A stretch of 64,000 nucleotides of DNA from a bacterium (GTDB lineage: Bacteria > UBA8248), in the NCBI GenBank assembly GCA_965261085.1, contig OZ253442.1, forward strand, positions 3,840,001 to 3,904,000, read 5' to 3'. The translations under genes were made by a program, and so were the position numbers. Below are positions 42,611 through 52,528 of the stretch, piece after piece. Positions within the stretch are counted from its first letter, which is position 1. Each line of letters begins with the position of its first letter. Under the pieces are notes generated by a model. It did no database searches and was not told the DNA's origin. It worked only from the letters and a program-made list of their open reading frames with translations.

Positions 42611-43147
42611 TCATGCGGAGCCTCTCGGTTTCCAACTCTTGAGCGGCCCCCATCGCGGATCTGACTTCGCGCCTATGACAACGGATTTTCCCTCATCGAG
42701 TTTCCGGCAAGTTTCAGGCGCTTCTCCCAGACATTTTTCAGGGCATCTGGGTTGTAAGGGAATCGCCAGCCCGATTTGATCGCGAACGGGCGTTGTCAGA
42801 TCCACTGTTTCATTGTCGATGTATGCAACCTCAAGGTCTTCTTCGTTAAGTTCTATTTCACCTTCTGAACCAGAATCTTGAGGCATTTGCGAAAAAAAGA
42901 TTTCCAAAGGCTCATTGAACGGACGAAGAAACTCCGCCAGCCCAAGAGAACATTCTAACAATAACCGACCACTCAACCGACCCTGGAAGCTCACCTCGTG
43001 GGGACCTGTTTTCTCCAACTTGCCGATGAGCTTTAGACTCGAAGCTCTGAACCAAACTTCCTCCAAGTCATCCATTTCCAAATCCAGAGTGAGGTCCAGA
43101 CCATCATCCGGAATTTGGGCGAGAGGAAATTGAAGTATTTTCCCCAT
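42611..43147 (-). CDS. yceD: DUF177/YceD family protein
   Basis: LECSLGL, VDLTTPVRDQIGLAIP and DPRWGPL motifs; upstream of rpmF. Confidence 0.85.
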   Translation of the reverse strand: MGKILQFPLAQIPDDGLDLTLDLEMDDLEEVWFRASSLKLIGKLEKTGPHEVSFQGRLSGRLLLECSLGLAEFLRPFNEPLEIFFSQMPQDSGSEGEIELNEEDLEVAYIDNETVDLTTPVRDQIGLAIPLQPRCPEKCLGEAPETCRKLDEGKSVVIGAKSDPRWGPLKSWKPRGSA

Positions 43148-43238
43148 GTCGTTTCCCCAGAGGAATTACGCCACGAGATGGGGGGCACATTCCGATAACG
43201 CGGCGCATCGTGCACCTATCCATAACGCCTAGAGTCGA

Positions 43239-43267
43239 AATATAGGAAGGTGGCGAGACAGTGTCAA
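43239..43267 (-). promoter_or_regulatory. Sigma70 promoter for yceD-rpmF-plsX-fab
   Basis: Minus-strand TTGACA (43267-43262), N17, TATATT (43244-43239). Confidence 0.65.
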
Positions 43268-43337
43268 ACAACAAAGTAAAGGGTCGATTCAAGGCGTTCC
43301 ATATTCTATTGAATGTACACACGTCGCACAATTGATT

Positions 43338-44297
43338 TCAACAACTCTGCGCGCCTGACTCCAACAATTCCAACAGCCTCCCCTCACGAACACCGCCAGT
43401 TGATATGCCAAAATCTTTCTTACTTCCCCACCGCAATAGCGCACGCACGACAATGAGCCCGGCAAGCGCTACATCTTCGCGCCCCAACTCGAAACCGCGA
43501 AGCTTTCTCCTTTCCTCAAAAGTCATTCCGGCGAACCGATCGACCCATTCTTCGAAAAAAGAACTCTGCAGAGAGAGCCCATTTACGCGCCCACCCGGCG
43601 GCGAGCCTTCGGTTAAAAACCATGCCAGCGCCACGACTCCCCCACAACCGACAAAGGGGATTTCCGCCAGCGCCGCCTCGCCGAAATCAACATCCGCCAA
43701 CATCGCATCCACCGCTTCCGAACAAGCCAGCACCTGCTCATCCGGTGTGGGCATAGTTTTCAGATAACGCTCCGTCAGATACACCACACCGGCGGGAAGA
43801 CTCACCATTTCTCGAACCTCGTCATTCTCAAAGAGTATTACTTCTAGGCTTCCTCCGCCGACATCGAACACCAACGCGCGCTCGGGCTTGGCCGCCTCGC
43901 CGGCGAAAACACCCGCCAGCGCCAGACGCGCTTCCTCCTCGGCCGGAATAACGCGTATTGCAATCCCCAGTTGTGAGGCGCGCGCAATAAATACATCCGC
44001 ATTTTGCGCCTCACGCAGCGCGCTGGTCGCCAGGGCATCAATGAGATTGACGCGATGCTCGTGAATGATTTGCGCAAACCGGGAAAGGCAGGCGAGTCCT
44101 CTCTCCATGGCCTTCTCGGAGAGCAGTCCCGTTTCGCGAACCCCCTCGCCCAGGCGAATCAGTTCGCGCCAGCGACCCCGCGATTCCAGCCTGCCTGCAT
44201 CATCAAGCGTGGCGAGCGCCAAACGGGCTGCGTTCGTGCCCAAATCCACCACCGCGGCAAGCGGGGTCGAGGTATCGGTGCGGTATTGTTCAGACAT
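43338..44297 (-). CDS. ppx: Ppx/GppA family exopolyphosphatase (short form)
   Basis: VVDLGTNAARL, RLGEG, ATSALREAQN, EEEARL, DVGGGSLE and GVREG motifs. Confidence 0.88.
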   Translation of the reverse strand: MSEQYRTDTSTPLAAVVDLGTNAARLALATLDDAGRLESRGRWRELIRLGEGVRETGLLSEKAMERGLACLSRFAQIIHEHRVNLIDALATSALREAQNADVFIARASQLGIAIRVIPAEEEARLALAGVFAGEAAKPERALVFDVGGGSLEVILFENDEVREMVSLPAGVVYLTERYLKTMPTPDEQVLACSEAVDAMLADVDFGEAALAEIPFVGCGGVVALAWFLTEGSPPGGRVNGLSLQSSFFEEWVDRFAGMTFEERRKLRGFELGREDVALAGLIVVRALLRWGSKKDFGISTGGVREGRLLELLESGAQSC

Positions 44298-44321
44298 GAA
44301 AGAAGAGGTTTCCCGGAGTGA

Positions 44322-44831
44322 TCACGAATTCCTGAAGCGCTCTTTGTTGTTCATGTAAGAGACGGCGGCGTTCTTGAAGCGCGCTATTTCCTCATCGCTT
44401 AAGTCGCGCACATATCTGGCGGGTGCTCCTAGCCAAAGGGTACCCGGATCAACCACTTTGTTCTCGGGCACGACGGCGCCCGCTCCGACGACTGCGCCCT
44501 CGCCCACCTTCACGTTGTTCATCACTATTGCGCCCATCGCGATGAGAGCGCCGTCTCCCACATGGCACCCATGCACGATAGCCATATGACCCACAGTAAT
44601 GTCATCGCCCAGTACGCAGTCGTATTTCCCGCCCTCGATGTGCAGGACCGAGCCATCCTGTATGTTGGTGCGCTTACCCACGCGGATAGGCATATGATCC
44701 CCGCGCAAAACGCAGTTGTACCAAACGCTGCTGTGCTCGCCGATCTCCACGTCGCCTATGACAACGGCGGTCTCCGCCAACCAGGCGGTTTCGTGAATTT
44801 TAGGCAGCACTCCCTCAAAGGGAATCAACAT
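44322..44831 (-). CDS. Gamma carbonic anhydrase family protein (YrdA/PaaY-like)
   Basis: IGDV, VLRGD, TNIQDGSVLH and TVGHMAIVHGC hexapeptide fold. Confidence 0.9.
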   Translation of the reverse strand: MLIPFEGVLPKIHETAWLAETAVVIGDVEIGEHSSVWYNCVLRGDHMPIRVGKRTNIQDGSVLHIEGGKYDCVLGDDITVGHMAIVHGCHVGDGALIAMGAIVMNNVKVGEGAVVGAGAVVPENKVVDPGTLWLGAPARYVRDLSDEEIARFKNAAVSYMNNKERFRNS

Positions 44832-44861
44832 GGTTACCTTCTCCCTTGTTTCGTTTTCGTT

Positions 44862-46337
44862 TCAAAGACGCGATGTTCGCTTATGCTCGATGTCGAAGAA
44901 CGGCTCGTGGGCCGCGGGTGAAGCCTGAACTTCCTTCAGCAGAGGCAAGTTGTCAAACATCGTTCGCCGCTCGTCCAGAATCCTTTTGAAAGCCCGACGT
45001 AACGAACGAGGAAGCGGCATACCCTTGGGAAGCTCCGCCTTCAAGGGGTCCAAATATCGCCCTCGGCGGATGATCCGGTAATCCAGATGAGGACCCGTGG
45101 ACAAACCTGTGGAACCCACATAGCCGATCACCTGCCCCTGGAAGACCCGCCTGCCTGAGCGAACCCCGCGCGCGTAGCGATAGAGATGGAGATAGGCGGT
45201 TCTATAACCCCCGCCATGGCGCAGTTCAATCGTCTTGCCGGCCTCGCGTTTGCGCCCCGCCCAAGTTACGACTCCATCGGCAACCGCATGGACAGGCGTG
45301 CCCCGGGGCGCGGCATAGTCGACACCAAAGTGAGGACGGTAGCGCTTGAGCAGGGGATGAAAGCGTCTCCTGGAGAAACGCGAACTGATCCTCGTATAGC
45401 GTAACGGCGATCGCAAAAAGGCGCGCCTTAGAGATCCGCCCTCGAAGTTATAATACCTGCCGCCTGAGTGCTCGAAATACACTGCGGTGTGTCGCCTGTT
45501 CCTCACGATAAACTCAGCCGCCAAAATCTTCCCGTAGCCGGCGAATTCATCTCGAAGATGCTTTCGTTCAACCAAGACTTCCACCTCGTCTCCAGCTTGC
45601 AAATCCTTATGAAAATCAATGACGTATGCAAAAATATCGCTCAGCTTTTTCACCAGTACGGGAGAACCCCCGCCATCGGAAATGGCTTGGTATAAGGAGC
45701 TGTTGATGTGTGATTGAATGCGAACGACATCTATGAAATAGGGTATTTCCTCCTTCGAGGCCGTCATCGTCCCGTTCGGTGTCCGCGAGAATCTGAGTCG
45801 ACTTTCATTGTCGAGTTGCAAAACGAATTCACGGAATTCACCATCTTTTTTACTTTTTCTCACCTCATATCGGCGACCCGCCCGAATGCGCGAAAAAATA
45901 CGTTTTTCACGCACACTATCCAAAACTTCCTGAATTTCAGAACGGCGCACTTTATGCGCCATCAACACGCCGATAACGGTGTCTGCTTTGGAGAATTTGC
46001 CCGCTTCCGTAGTCAACTCATCCTTTTTCGGTAGATCCGCAGCCGATTTCTCCAAAACATCTGGTTTATCAGGCCCCTCGCGCATCTGAATCCGAGGTGT
46101 TCGGGCGAACTCGCGCTGAGCCGTATTTTCGCTTGCTTTTTCAGTACCGCGCTCCTTAGGAGCCGGAACGTATTTTTCTGGTGATTCGGGAGAGCGACGT
46201 ATTTCGGAACGCTGCCCCAGGAACATGCTGACAACCAGAACCAACAACACGCCTACTACCCAGAACTTCGCAGAACTGCTACCGGATTTTCTTATGGAAC
46301 CAGATTGGGTGACGAGACGCACTGTTTTCCTGCGCAT
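44862..46337 (-). CDS. M23 family peptidoglycan DD-endopeptidase (MepM-like)
   Basis: N-terminal TM helix, HFGVD (HxxxD), YLHL and GPHLD motifs. Start ATG 46337 behind AAAGGA. Confidence 0.9.
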   Translation of the reverse strand: MRRKTVRLVTQSGSIRKSGSSSAKFWVVGVLLVLVVSMFLGQRSEIRRSPESPEKYVPAPKERGTEKASENTAQREFARTPRIQMREGPDKPDVLEKSAADLPKKDELTTEAGKFSKADTVIGVLMAHKVRRSEIQEVLDSVREKRIFSRIRAGRRYEVRKSKKDGEFREFVLQLDNESRLRFSRTPNGTMTASKEEIPYFIDVVRIQSHINSSLYQAISDGGGSPVLVKKLSDIFAYVIDFHKDLQAGDEVEVLVERKHLRDEFAGYGKILAAEFIVRNRRHTAVYFEHSGGRYYNFEGGSLRRAFLRSPLRYTRISSRFSRRRFHPLLKRYRPHFGVDYAAPRGTPVHAVADGVVTWAGRKREAGKTIELRHGGGYRTAYLHLYRYARGVRSGRRVFQGQVIGYVGSTGLSTGPHLDYRIIRRGRYLDPLKAELPKGMPLPRSLRRAFKRILDERRTMFDNLPLLKEVQASPAAHEPFFDIEHKRTSRL

Positions 46338-46471
46338 CGCGATTCCTTTCGAAACATCGGGCGGACATCGTATAAAATTGGCAGGTACAACCAAAACTTC
46401 ATCTTTCTGTTGAAGTATTACTTTAGCAGATTTTTTCGATTCTTCCAAATTTTAATATCCAATGCCGCCTC

Positions 46472-46524
46472 CACGCATTTGCCCGCATTTGCGAGGCGAA
46501 CGCTCCTGTCCATTTCCATATATT
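46472..46524 (+). promoter_or_regulatory. Tandem 10-bp motif CACGCATTTGCCCGCATTTG plus a -10-like TATATT (locus B), upstream of the tail-tip operon
   Basis: Motif 46472-46491, TATATT 46519-46524, first ATG at 46622. The function is inferred. Confidence 0.5.
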
Positions 46525-46621
46525 CCACGACATCGGCACCTTCCTGCGCTGGAGCGATGCCGAAACGTGGCGGGAGTAAACGCTTCCTCCGATATGCCCC
46601 CCCCCCGCCCAGGAGAATGGA

Positions 46622-47701
46622 ATGGGACATCGCTTCATGTATCAGAATCTTATCGATGATGAGACCGTCATCGCCGCCACTTCCGTGGAAAAGGGATTCG
46701 TCGGCGCGGGCGTCCCCCGCGTCACCAACGCAGGCGGCTCGATGATCTTTTCAGGCGCCTACGCCGGAAAAGACCAGGAAGTCTACTCCGTGGAAATCGA
46801 CGCCACGGGCGATGTGGGAGGCGCCCGTTTCAAGTGGCGCAAGACATCGACCCCCGCGGGTGGCTGGGAAGCCTCGAACATCCCCACCGAGTTGACGGAT
46901 ATCGCCCTGGATTCAGGGGTGAATGTCCGCTTCGTGGGTGGCGCGAATTCACCCGATTTCGCTTTGGGAGATCATTGGCAGGCGACGGCGAATCGCTTTC
47001 ACTCACCGAAAAGAATTTACGATCTCGACCCCGCCACGAGGATGAGGGGCGCCTCGCCGCCCGAAGACCCCTGGTCGTTCACCCTTGATTTCGGTGCGCA
47101 GATATCTCCCGACGTATTCATCGCCCACCTCCACAATTTCCCACCCGGAACAAGTCTCAGGATTCAGGCAAACAGGTCCGCAGACTGGCGCGCACCCGTG
47201 CTGGAGGAAAGGCTCACCTGGCGCAGAGACACACTCATCCACTATCTCGCCACCACGCCGCGTTCGTATCGCCACTGGCGTCTTCTGGCCGAAGGCGCCG
47301 CCGCCGACCAGGATGGGTATCTGGAAATCTCGGAAATCTACATGGGCGGCTTTTTTGAGCCTGCCGATCACTTCTGGTTCGGAAACGTGGTGGGGGAAGA
47401 ATCCTTCGAGGAACCGGGACGCACGGAAAGCATGGCGGAATATCCGGTTCTCCTGAATCGCGGCCGCACGCTCACCCTCCCCTATGAACGCATATCGGAT
47501 GAACAGCGCAGGGAATTTCTCGCCATGTACCGGACGGTGAAGGACGTCGAAACAAGGCGGGCCAAACCGTTCTTCGTTCATCTGGATGTGGATGACCCCG
47601 CCTCGATCATTCTCGCCCACCTCGTGGGCGGTTTTTTGCCTCGCCAGACAGGACCGGATGATTTCGCCTTCGAACTTGAACTCAGGGAAAGACTCGCATG
47701 A
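46622..47701 (+). CDS. Phage-tail-associated protein (distal tail/Dit-like with discoidin-like domain, putative)
   Basis: AGGAG RBS. F5/8-discoidin-like signature (FTLDFG...HN...LRIQAN...SYRHWRL...YLEISEIYMG) and a C-terminal FELELRE strand typical of tail-tip proteins. First gene of a coupled operon. Confidence 0.5.
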   Translation: MGHRFMYQNLIDDETVIAATSVEKGFVGAGVPRVTNAGGSMIFSGAYAGKDQEVYSVEIDATGDVGGARFKWRKTSTPAGGWEASNIPTELTDIALDSGVNVRFVGGANSPDFALGDHWQATANRFHSPKRIYDLDPATRMRGASPPEDPWSFTLDFGAQISPDVFIAHLHNFPPGTSLRIQANRSADWRAPVLEERLTWRRDTLIHYLATTPRSYRHWRLLAEGAAADQDGYLEISEIYMGGFFEPADHFWFGNVVGEESFEEPGRTESMAEYPVLLNRGRTLTLPYERISDEQRREFLAMYRTVKDVETRRAKPFFVHLDVDDPASIILAHLVGGFLPRQTGPDDFAFELELRERLA

Positions 47702-48231
47702 GGCGCGCCACGGATCAGGGCATCACGGATATTGCCGGGCACGAGGGGAAAACCGCGTTCGTCCTCTACCACCTGTCCACCGCCGGTGGAAAGCGCGTGT
47801 TCTGCGGCAGGCAGGTCCCCGCCTCCCTGATCGGGCAAGGCGGAAGAATCCATTTTCTTGACGGCTCCCGGATTCTCGATGGCTCCCTCCTGCTCGGAGA
47901 AGGAGCAGAAGTGCTCCTTGGCGTTCATGATTGGATAGAGGATGGCGGCCGCTTCTCTCTCGGCGCGTTTCAAGGCCTGTCCATTCTCGAGGCATTCAGG
48001 GAAAAGGAACTCTCCGGCCTCACGATAGCCATCAACAACGCCCACGATATGGACGGCCACCCGCGCATGAGCCGCATCCTCGCGACAGAGCCGTTCGTGG
48101 GCGGGAGGGTCGATGTCCGCGTCGGGTTTTCGGGACAAAACATATCCGATGTTCTCTCGATCGCGAGTTTCACCATCCGCCGAATCATCGAGCGTATCGA
48201 CTCGGTCACGATTCAATGCGAGGGAAACTAG
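47698..48231 (+). CDS. Putative phage tail-tip protein
   Basis: ATGA coupling to the upstream gene; LDGSRILDGSLLLG motif; beta-rich C-terminus (LTIAINN...VRVGF...VTIQCE). Confidence 0.45.
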   Translation: MRRATDQGITDIAGHEGKTAFVLYHLSTAGGKRVFCGRQVPASLIGQGGRIHFLDGSRILDGSLLLGEGAEVLLGVHDWIEDGGRFSLGAFQGLSILEAFREKELSGLTIAINNAHDMDGHPRMSRILATEPFVGGRVDVRVGFSGQNISDVLSIASFTIRRIIERIDSVTIQCEGN

Positions 48232-49443
48232 ATGACCGACCCGACGACGGACAGGCTATCGGATTCGTTTCAGATGGCCCGCGCTTCGAGATACGCAGCC
48301 CCTGAATTCGAAGACCAGAGCCTCCCCATCATCTACGGGGATTTAACCATCCCCTCGCGCGAGAACGCGGGTGTCTACGCGCTCCCGAAAATCGACACCG
48401 CAGGCGACGGCGTCTACTGCGTGGCCGCTCATGAGGTATGGGGCGCCGTCGCACTTTTCGACGACGATGGCCGCATCGAGCCGGGTGACTACGTGCTGGA
48501 ACTCGCCCGGAACTATCAGGGCCGGAGCACAATCGCCACGGCCGCTTTCGCCGTCCCGCCAAAGGGGCGCGTGACTGCCGTATGCAAGGGCAGGAAAAAC
48601 TTAAGCGGAGCGCTCATCGAAAACCCCGCCGAGGTCGTTCAGGACCTCATGACGAGCGTCTGGGGGTTGAGCGAGCAAGAGGTCGACATGCAGGCCCTCT
48701 CGCGCGCAGCAGCCTGCGCGAGCGCCCTCGGCTACCGGGCGAGCGGGATCATTCTGGGCGACCATGCGCCCGCCGATATCCTCACCGCGCTTTTGGGCGA
48801 TTTTCTCGGGCGCTACGAAATCGACCCGTTCGGTCGCCTGAAAATTCGCATCGCCGGAGAGGAATCCTCCGCCATTTCGCCCCAAAAAGTTCTGCCCCGC
48901 TTCGGCCATTCGCGCATCGAAGCGGAGATTGCGCGCGACACCGTCATCAACCAAGTACCAGCGCTCTTCGCAAGGGATTCTCTCAACGCGCGCTACATCA
49001 AACACGACGACGGGAGCGCCACACAGAACACATCCTCCCAAAGGCTCTATGGCGTCAGGAGGCCTCCGCAAAGCCCGCTCAGGCTCGAATGGGTCCGGCG
49101 CGAGAGCGTGGCCGCCACGATTCAATCGCGCATCGTGGAGCGCTATCACGAACCCACCCGCATGCTCACCATCGAGGACAACTCCTTGAGAGCCCTCGAA
49201 GTCGAGCCGGATGACTACGTAGCGTTCAGCGTGCCCTGGATGCGCTCGGAAAGGCTCGAACCCCTCGTGAATCAAATCGGGGAGGTGATCGAGGTGAATT
49301 ACGACCTGGGCGAACAAGCCATGGAACTCAAAATTCGAGATACCGGCTTTTTCCTGACATCCTCCCCTCTTCTGGACGGGACCAGAACACTCGAAGGCGG
49401 CTGGCTCCTGGGTGCCGAACGCGACGCCGCCACTTACGCATAA
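48232..49443 (+). CDS. Putative phage baseplate hub/Tal-like tail protein
   Basis: LPIIYGD, LIENPAEVVQDLM, D-x-x-GRL-x-I, SQRLYG and LEVEPDDYVAF features resemble siphovirus/GTA hub proteins; directly abuts the upstream stop. Confidence 0.55.
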   Translation: MTDPTTDRLSDSFQMARASRYAAPEFEDQSLPIIYGDLTIPSRENAGVYALPKIDTAGDGVYCVAAHEVWGAVALFDDDGRIEPGDYVLELARNYQGRSTIATAAFAVPPKGRVTAVCKGRKNLSGALIENPAEVVQDLMTSVWGLSEQEVDMQALSRAAACASALGYRASGIILGDHAPADILTALLGDFLGRYEIDPFGRLKIRIAGEESSAISPQKVLPRFGHSRIEAEIARDTVINQVPALFARDSLNARYIKHDDGSATQNTSSQRLYGVRRPPQSPLRLEWVRRESVAATIQSRIVERYHEPTRMLTIEDNSLRALEVEPDDYVAFSVPWMRSERLEPLVNQIGEVIEVNYDLGEQAMELKIRDTGFFLTSSPLLDGTRTLEGGWLLGAERDAATYA

Positions 49444-49454
49444 AGGAGAAAACG

Positions 49455-50396
49455 ATGCCCATCGGCGCTGACTTGTCCGCCCGCTATACCGAGGAAGCCA
49501 TCGGCGGCCACCATCCCACGAAAGCCCGCGTGATCGACCGCCTCGCCCTCGCCGCCCTTTTCCCGGACGGAAAAATCAGGGCCAACAGACAACCCATCGA
49601 ATGTGCGGGCAGGCTCGATTACTTGAACGCCACCACCCTGGCGTTCAAGCCGGTGCTCAATTCCGCGTACAATCCCGCCGTCGCCAATCCTCTCGCGGGT
49701 CGCCATATTCCCTTCATCGATGAAGCTTCGGAAGATGTCTATTACGAGGATTTGCCCTGGGAGGGAATTACGGGTACGAACACGGACCTCGCTACGGACC
49801 ACTCCTATGCGGTCTTCGTCTACGATGACGGAAGCGGACTCAAGCTCGAATTCGACAGCACGGGACACTGGGCGTTCGACGCCGCCACGGGGCTGGCGCA
49901 CAAAACGGACGACAAGAGCCGCACCCTCGTCGGCATCGCGAGAACGGACGCCTCATCCCAGTTCGTTCTCGCGAACGACGTGTACGTCAGAAGTTTCTGG
50001 AACAAGGCGGAATACGCCGCGCAGTCCAAGGGAACGCTCGCCACCACCTCCTCCACCAGATGGACCTCCGTCGCCACGCACGAAATCCTGATGTGGCCGG
50101 GTCATGACGTCATCCGCCAGGAAGCCGGCGGACAAGGCTGGGTGAATTCGACGTACATCGCGGGTCTGGTGGGTCTGGATATGGATCTCGAACTGTACAA
50201 CGGAACGGGACAAGCCTACCCGGAAATCGAAATCATCCGCTTATCCAGCAGCGAAAAAGACAATTTCGCGATTGCGAACACACGAATATACACAGGGGCG
50301 CTCGCCGAAGTTCACTCCACGTTCGTCTTTCGCGTGGCGGGCTCGACCATCCTGAACATTGGCGACTATCTCTTCCAAAGCGTCGTTTTGATTTAG
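49455..50396 (+). CDS. Putative tail fibre / receptor-binding protein
   Basis: AAGGAG RBS; Thr/Ser/Gly/aromatic-rich beta protein (YAVFVYDDGSGLKLEF...RTLVGIART...VRSFWN); follows the hub gene. Confidence 0.45.
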   Translation: MPIGADLSARYTEEAIGGHHPTKARVIDRLALAALFPDGKIRANRQPIECAGRLDYLNATTLAFKPVLNSAYNPAVANPLAGRHIPFIDEASEDVYYEDLPWEGITGTNTDLATDHSYAVFVYDDGSGLKLEFDSTGHWAFDAATGLAHKTDDKSRTLVGIARTDASSQFVLANDVYVRSFWNKAEYAAQSKGTLATTSSTRWTSVATHEILMWPGHDVIRQEAGGQGWVNSTYIAGLVGLDMDLELYNGTGQAYPEIEIIRLSSSEKDNFAIANTRIYTGALAEVHSTFVFRVAGSTILNIGDYLFQSVVLI

Positions 50397-50405
50397 GAGA
50401 CACCT

Positions 50406-51101
50406 ATGGAAATCGAAGTGACCAAAGCCATCGGCCCGCATTTTCGCGATGAACTCGAAGCGGCCGGCCTTGCGCATCTCTGCCTGGGCAGCGCGCACCG
50501 GCTGAAAAAGACCATGACGCCTGACGCCGAGTGGCGTCCCAGGTCCGGCGAGACGGAATCCGCCCGCCCCGAAATCCCTGGCCCCGGCCTGGATACGTGG
50601 GTCATCAAAGTGGACGATTCGAGCACCCGGGCGCAGCGCGACGCCATTCTTGCCGCTCATGCCGCGCACGCGCCCGATGGCGTCGCGCAAATCCACCGGG
50701 ACCAGGCGAAAGAGAAACTCAACATATTGCTCAACGGCGCCAAGGCGCGCATCGTGGGCGTGCCGGTGAGCACTCTGGGCGGCAAGCTGGCCGAATACGA
50801 GGAAAAAGCCAAGCTCATCGACGCCTGGGCGCAGGATTCCGACGCGGAGAAACTCACAAAACCGGGGTTCTTGCTCATCAAAAACAGAAAAGACGCCTAT
50901 CCGGCGCGCTACGCGACGGGTCAAAGCGTGGTGGATGAGTGGGCGAGCCGTAGAACGACTCTGCTCGACAAGCTCGCCTCCCTCTTGAAAATTTACGACG
51001 AATGCGTGCGCGACATCCAGGATGCCGACGTCACCACAAACATAGCGGCCCTGGAGGCGAAACTCGGAGTGGCCGCCTCTTCTTTCGACGGGGTGCGCTG
51101 A
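50406..51101 (+). CDS. Hypothetical protein, possible tail-fibre assembly chaperone
   Basis: AGGAG RBS; helical protein with the AILAAH motif, directly after the putative fibre. Call is positional. Confidence 0.35.
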   Translation: MEIEVTKAIGPHFRDELEAAGLAHLCLGSAHRLKKTMTPDAEWRPRSGETESARPEIPGPGLDTWVIKVDDSSTRAQRDAILAAHAAHAPDGVAQIHRDQAKEKLNILLNGAKARIVGVPVSTLGGKLAEYEEKAKLIDAWAQDSDAEKLTKPGFLLIKNRKDAYPARYATGQSVVDEWASRRTTLLDKLASLLKIYDECVRDIQDADVTTNIAALEAKLGVAASSFDGVR

Positions 51102-51484
51102 TGGCCTCTGAGCAAAATGGGAAAGGGCTCCAGATTTTCCTGTCCATTCTGAGTATCGCCGGCCTCGGGGTGGCTGCCTACACCCCGCTCTACAACCAGA
51201 TCGTGAACGTGGAAACGCGCCTGGCGGCCCACATAAGCGAGCGGGGCCACCCCTGGCTTTTGGAGAAAAACGCGGGCGCGCGCGTTCGCTTCCAGGAAGT
51301 GGAGACCCAGTTCCGCGAGGCGAAGACGATTGCCGATCTCAAGTTTCGCGAACTCAAGGAAATTTCGGTGAAAAAAACGCGCGAGGACACGCAAACCTTT
51401 GCGCAAATCCTGCACCGTCTACGCGAAGTCGAAATTGCGCTCGCCAAACTTGACGAGCACCTGAACAAGGAGCGTAAACCATGA
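51101..51484 (+). CDS. Small membrane-anchored coiled-coil protein (holin/XhlA-like candidate)
   Basis: TGATG coupling at 51099-51103; single N-terminal TM helix (LQIFLSILSIAGLGVAAY), then a coiled coil and a basic C-terminus. Confidence 0.4.
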   Translation: MASEQNGKGLQIFLSILSIAGLGVAAYTPLYNQIVNVETRLAAHISERGHPWLLEKNAGARVRFQEVETQFREAKTIADLKFRELKEISVKKTREDTQTFAQILHRLREVEIALAKLDEHLNKERKP

Positions 51485-51708
51485 TTCCCTACCTTCTTGC
51501 GGCCATCGAACCGCGTCTTCTCACGAACCATCTGTGGCATTTCATCAACCCCTGGGCAGATTAGAACGGCCAACCGAATCACCTGTCATCCAGAAAGAAC
51601 GCTTCTCTTGCATCAGGCGAAAATATGGTGCAAATTCATCAAGCGACTCCCTACCCATTCGGAGATAGGGTGAATTCCAAACCATACGTGAAGGCCTTGG
51701 GGCTCCGG

Positions 51709-52278
51709 GTGCGCATCTACAGGCGACCAGCCGTCCTCGCCCTTGTGTGTTCCCTGGCGGTGGCGTGCGCACACCTCGATACGGGGGCGGTAAGGGTGGC
51801 CGTCCGGAAATACGGGCGTTGTGACGTCATGACTTTCATAGACAGGCAGACGGCCGAACCGAGCCATTCACTCGTATGCCGTGCCGTCCCTGGCGAATCC
51901 GGTGAATCGACGGGAGACGATCTGGCGCGCGTCTATTTGTACTGCTCCACCGGGGAGCCGATTTTCGTTCTGCTGGATTCCGGCAAGAAGGAATCCCCCG
52001 ATAAAAAAAGCGGGAAGAAAGACCGCGCCGGCCCGTTCATCGAAGTTCGCTATCGCTTCGCGAACCATCCTGTGGTGGAAGGAACCTGGTCTTTGACGGC
52101 GGAAAAGCTGGCGGCTGATTCGTCCGAGGCCACCCTGAATGACTTCGCTCGCGGCATGACGGTCCGCGAGCGCCTTGTTTTTGAAGTCGGAGACAAGTGG
52201 GCGAGCATCAGTTTCCGTGGAGACATGATGGGCGCGATAAACGATTTCGAAAACCGCTGCGCGACCCTGGGAAAATAA
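51709..52278 (+). CDS. Putative lipoprotein
   Basis: From GTG 51709: basic N-terminus RIYRR, hydrophobic core, lipobox-like LAVA-C, then four further Cys. The ORF can extend upstream to 51625. Confidence 0.55.
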   Translation: MRIYRRPAVLALVCSLAVACAHLDTGAVRVAVRKYGRCDVMTFIDRQTAEPSHSLVCRAVPGESGESTGDDLARVYLYCSTGEPIFVLLDSGKKESPDKKSGKKDRAGPFIEVRYRFANHPVVEGTWSLTAEKLAADSSEATLNDFARGMTVRERLVFEVGDKWASISFRGDMMGAINDFENRCATLGK

Positions 52279-52346
52279 AGCCCGCCTACTGACCTGTAAC
52301 ACCCCGACCTCAAACAAAAAACCCGCTTCAAGCGCATCATTTCACT

Positions 52347-52434
52347 TTTCCGGGAACTTCAAGGTCTAACAAAGCAAAACCTCGCATCTGCCCGCATTTG
52401 CCGTATCCCGGTCTTTTTTCACCGCCGATACACT
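52347..52434 (+). promoter_or_regulatory. TTTCCGGGAA, tandem motif CGCATCTGCCCGCATTTGCCGT and -10-like TACACT (locus C), upstream of the tape-measure gene
   Basis: TTTCCGGGAA 52347-52356, motif 52383-52404, TACACT 52429-52434, ATG 52529. The function is inferred. Confidence 0.5.
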
Positions 52435-52528
52435 GCATCCCTCCCCGCAAAAGAAGCGGCGGAGAGCGAAGATGACGCGCCCCGTTGCGCATCTCATTCA
52501 GTATCTTACTAAAATGTGGGGGGATTCC

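Noticed and set aside
44862-46337. M23 peptidase as the tail module's endolysin
   Set aside because: It is divergently transcribed, has a membrane-anchored MepM-like housekeeping architecture and runs into host genes. Co-option is not excluded but has no support.
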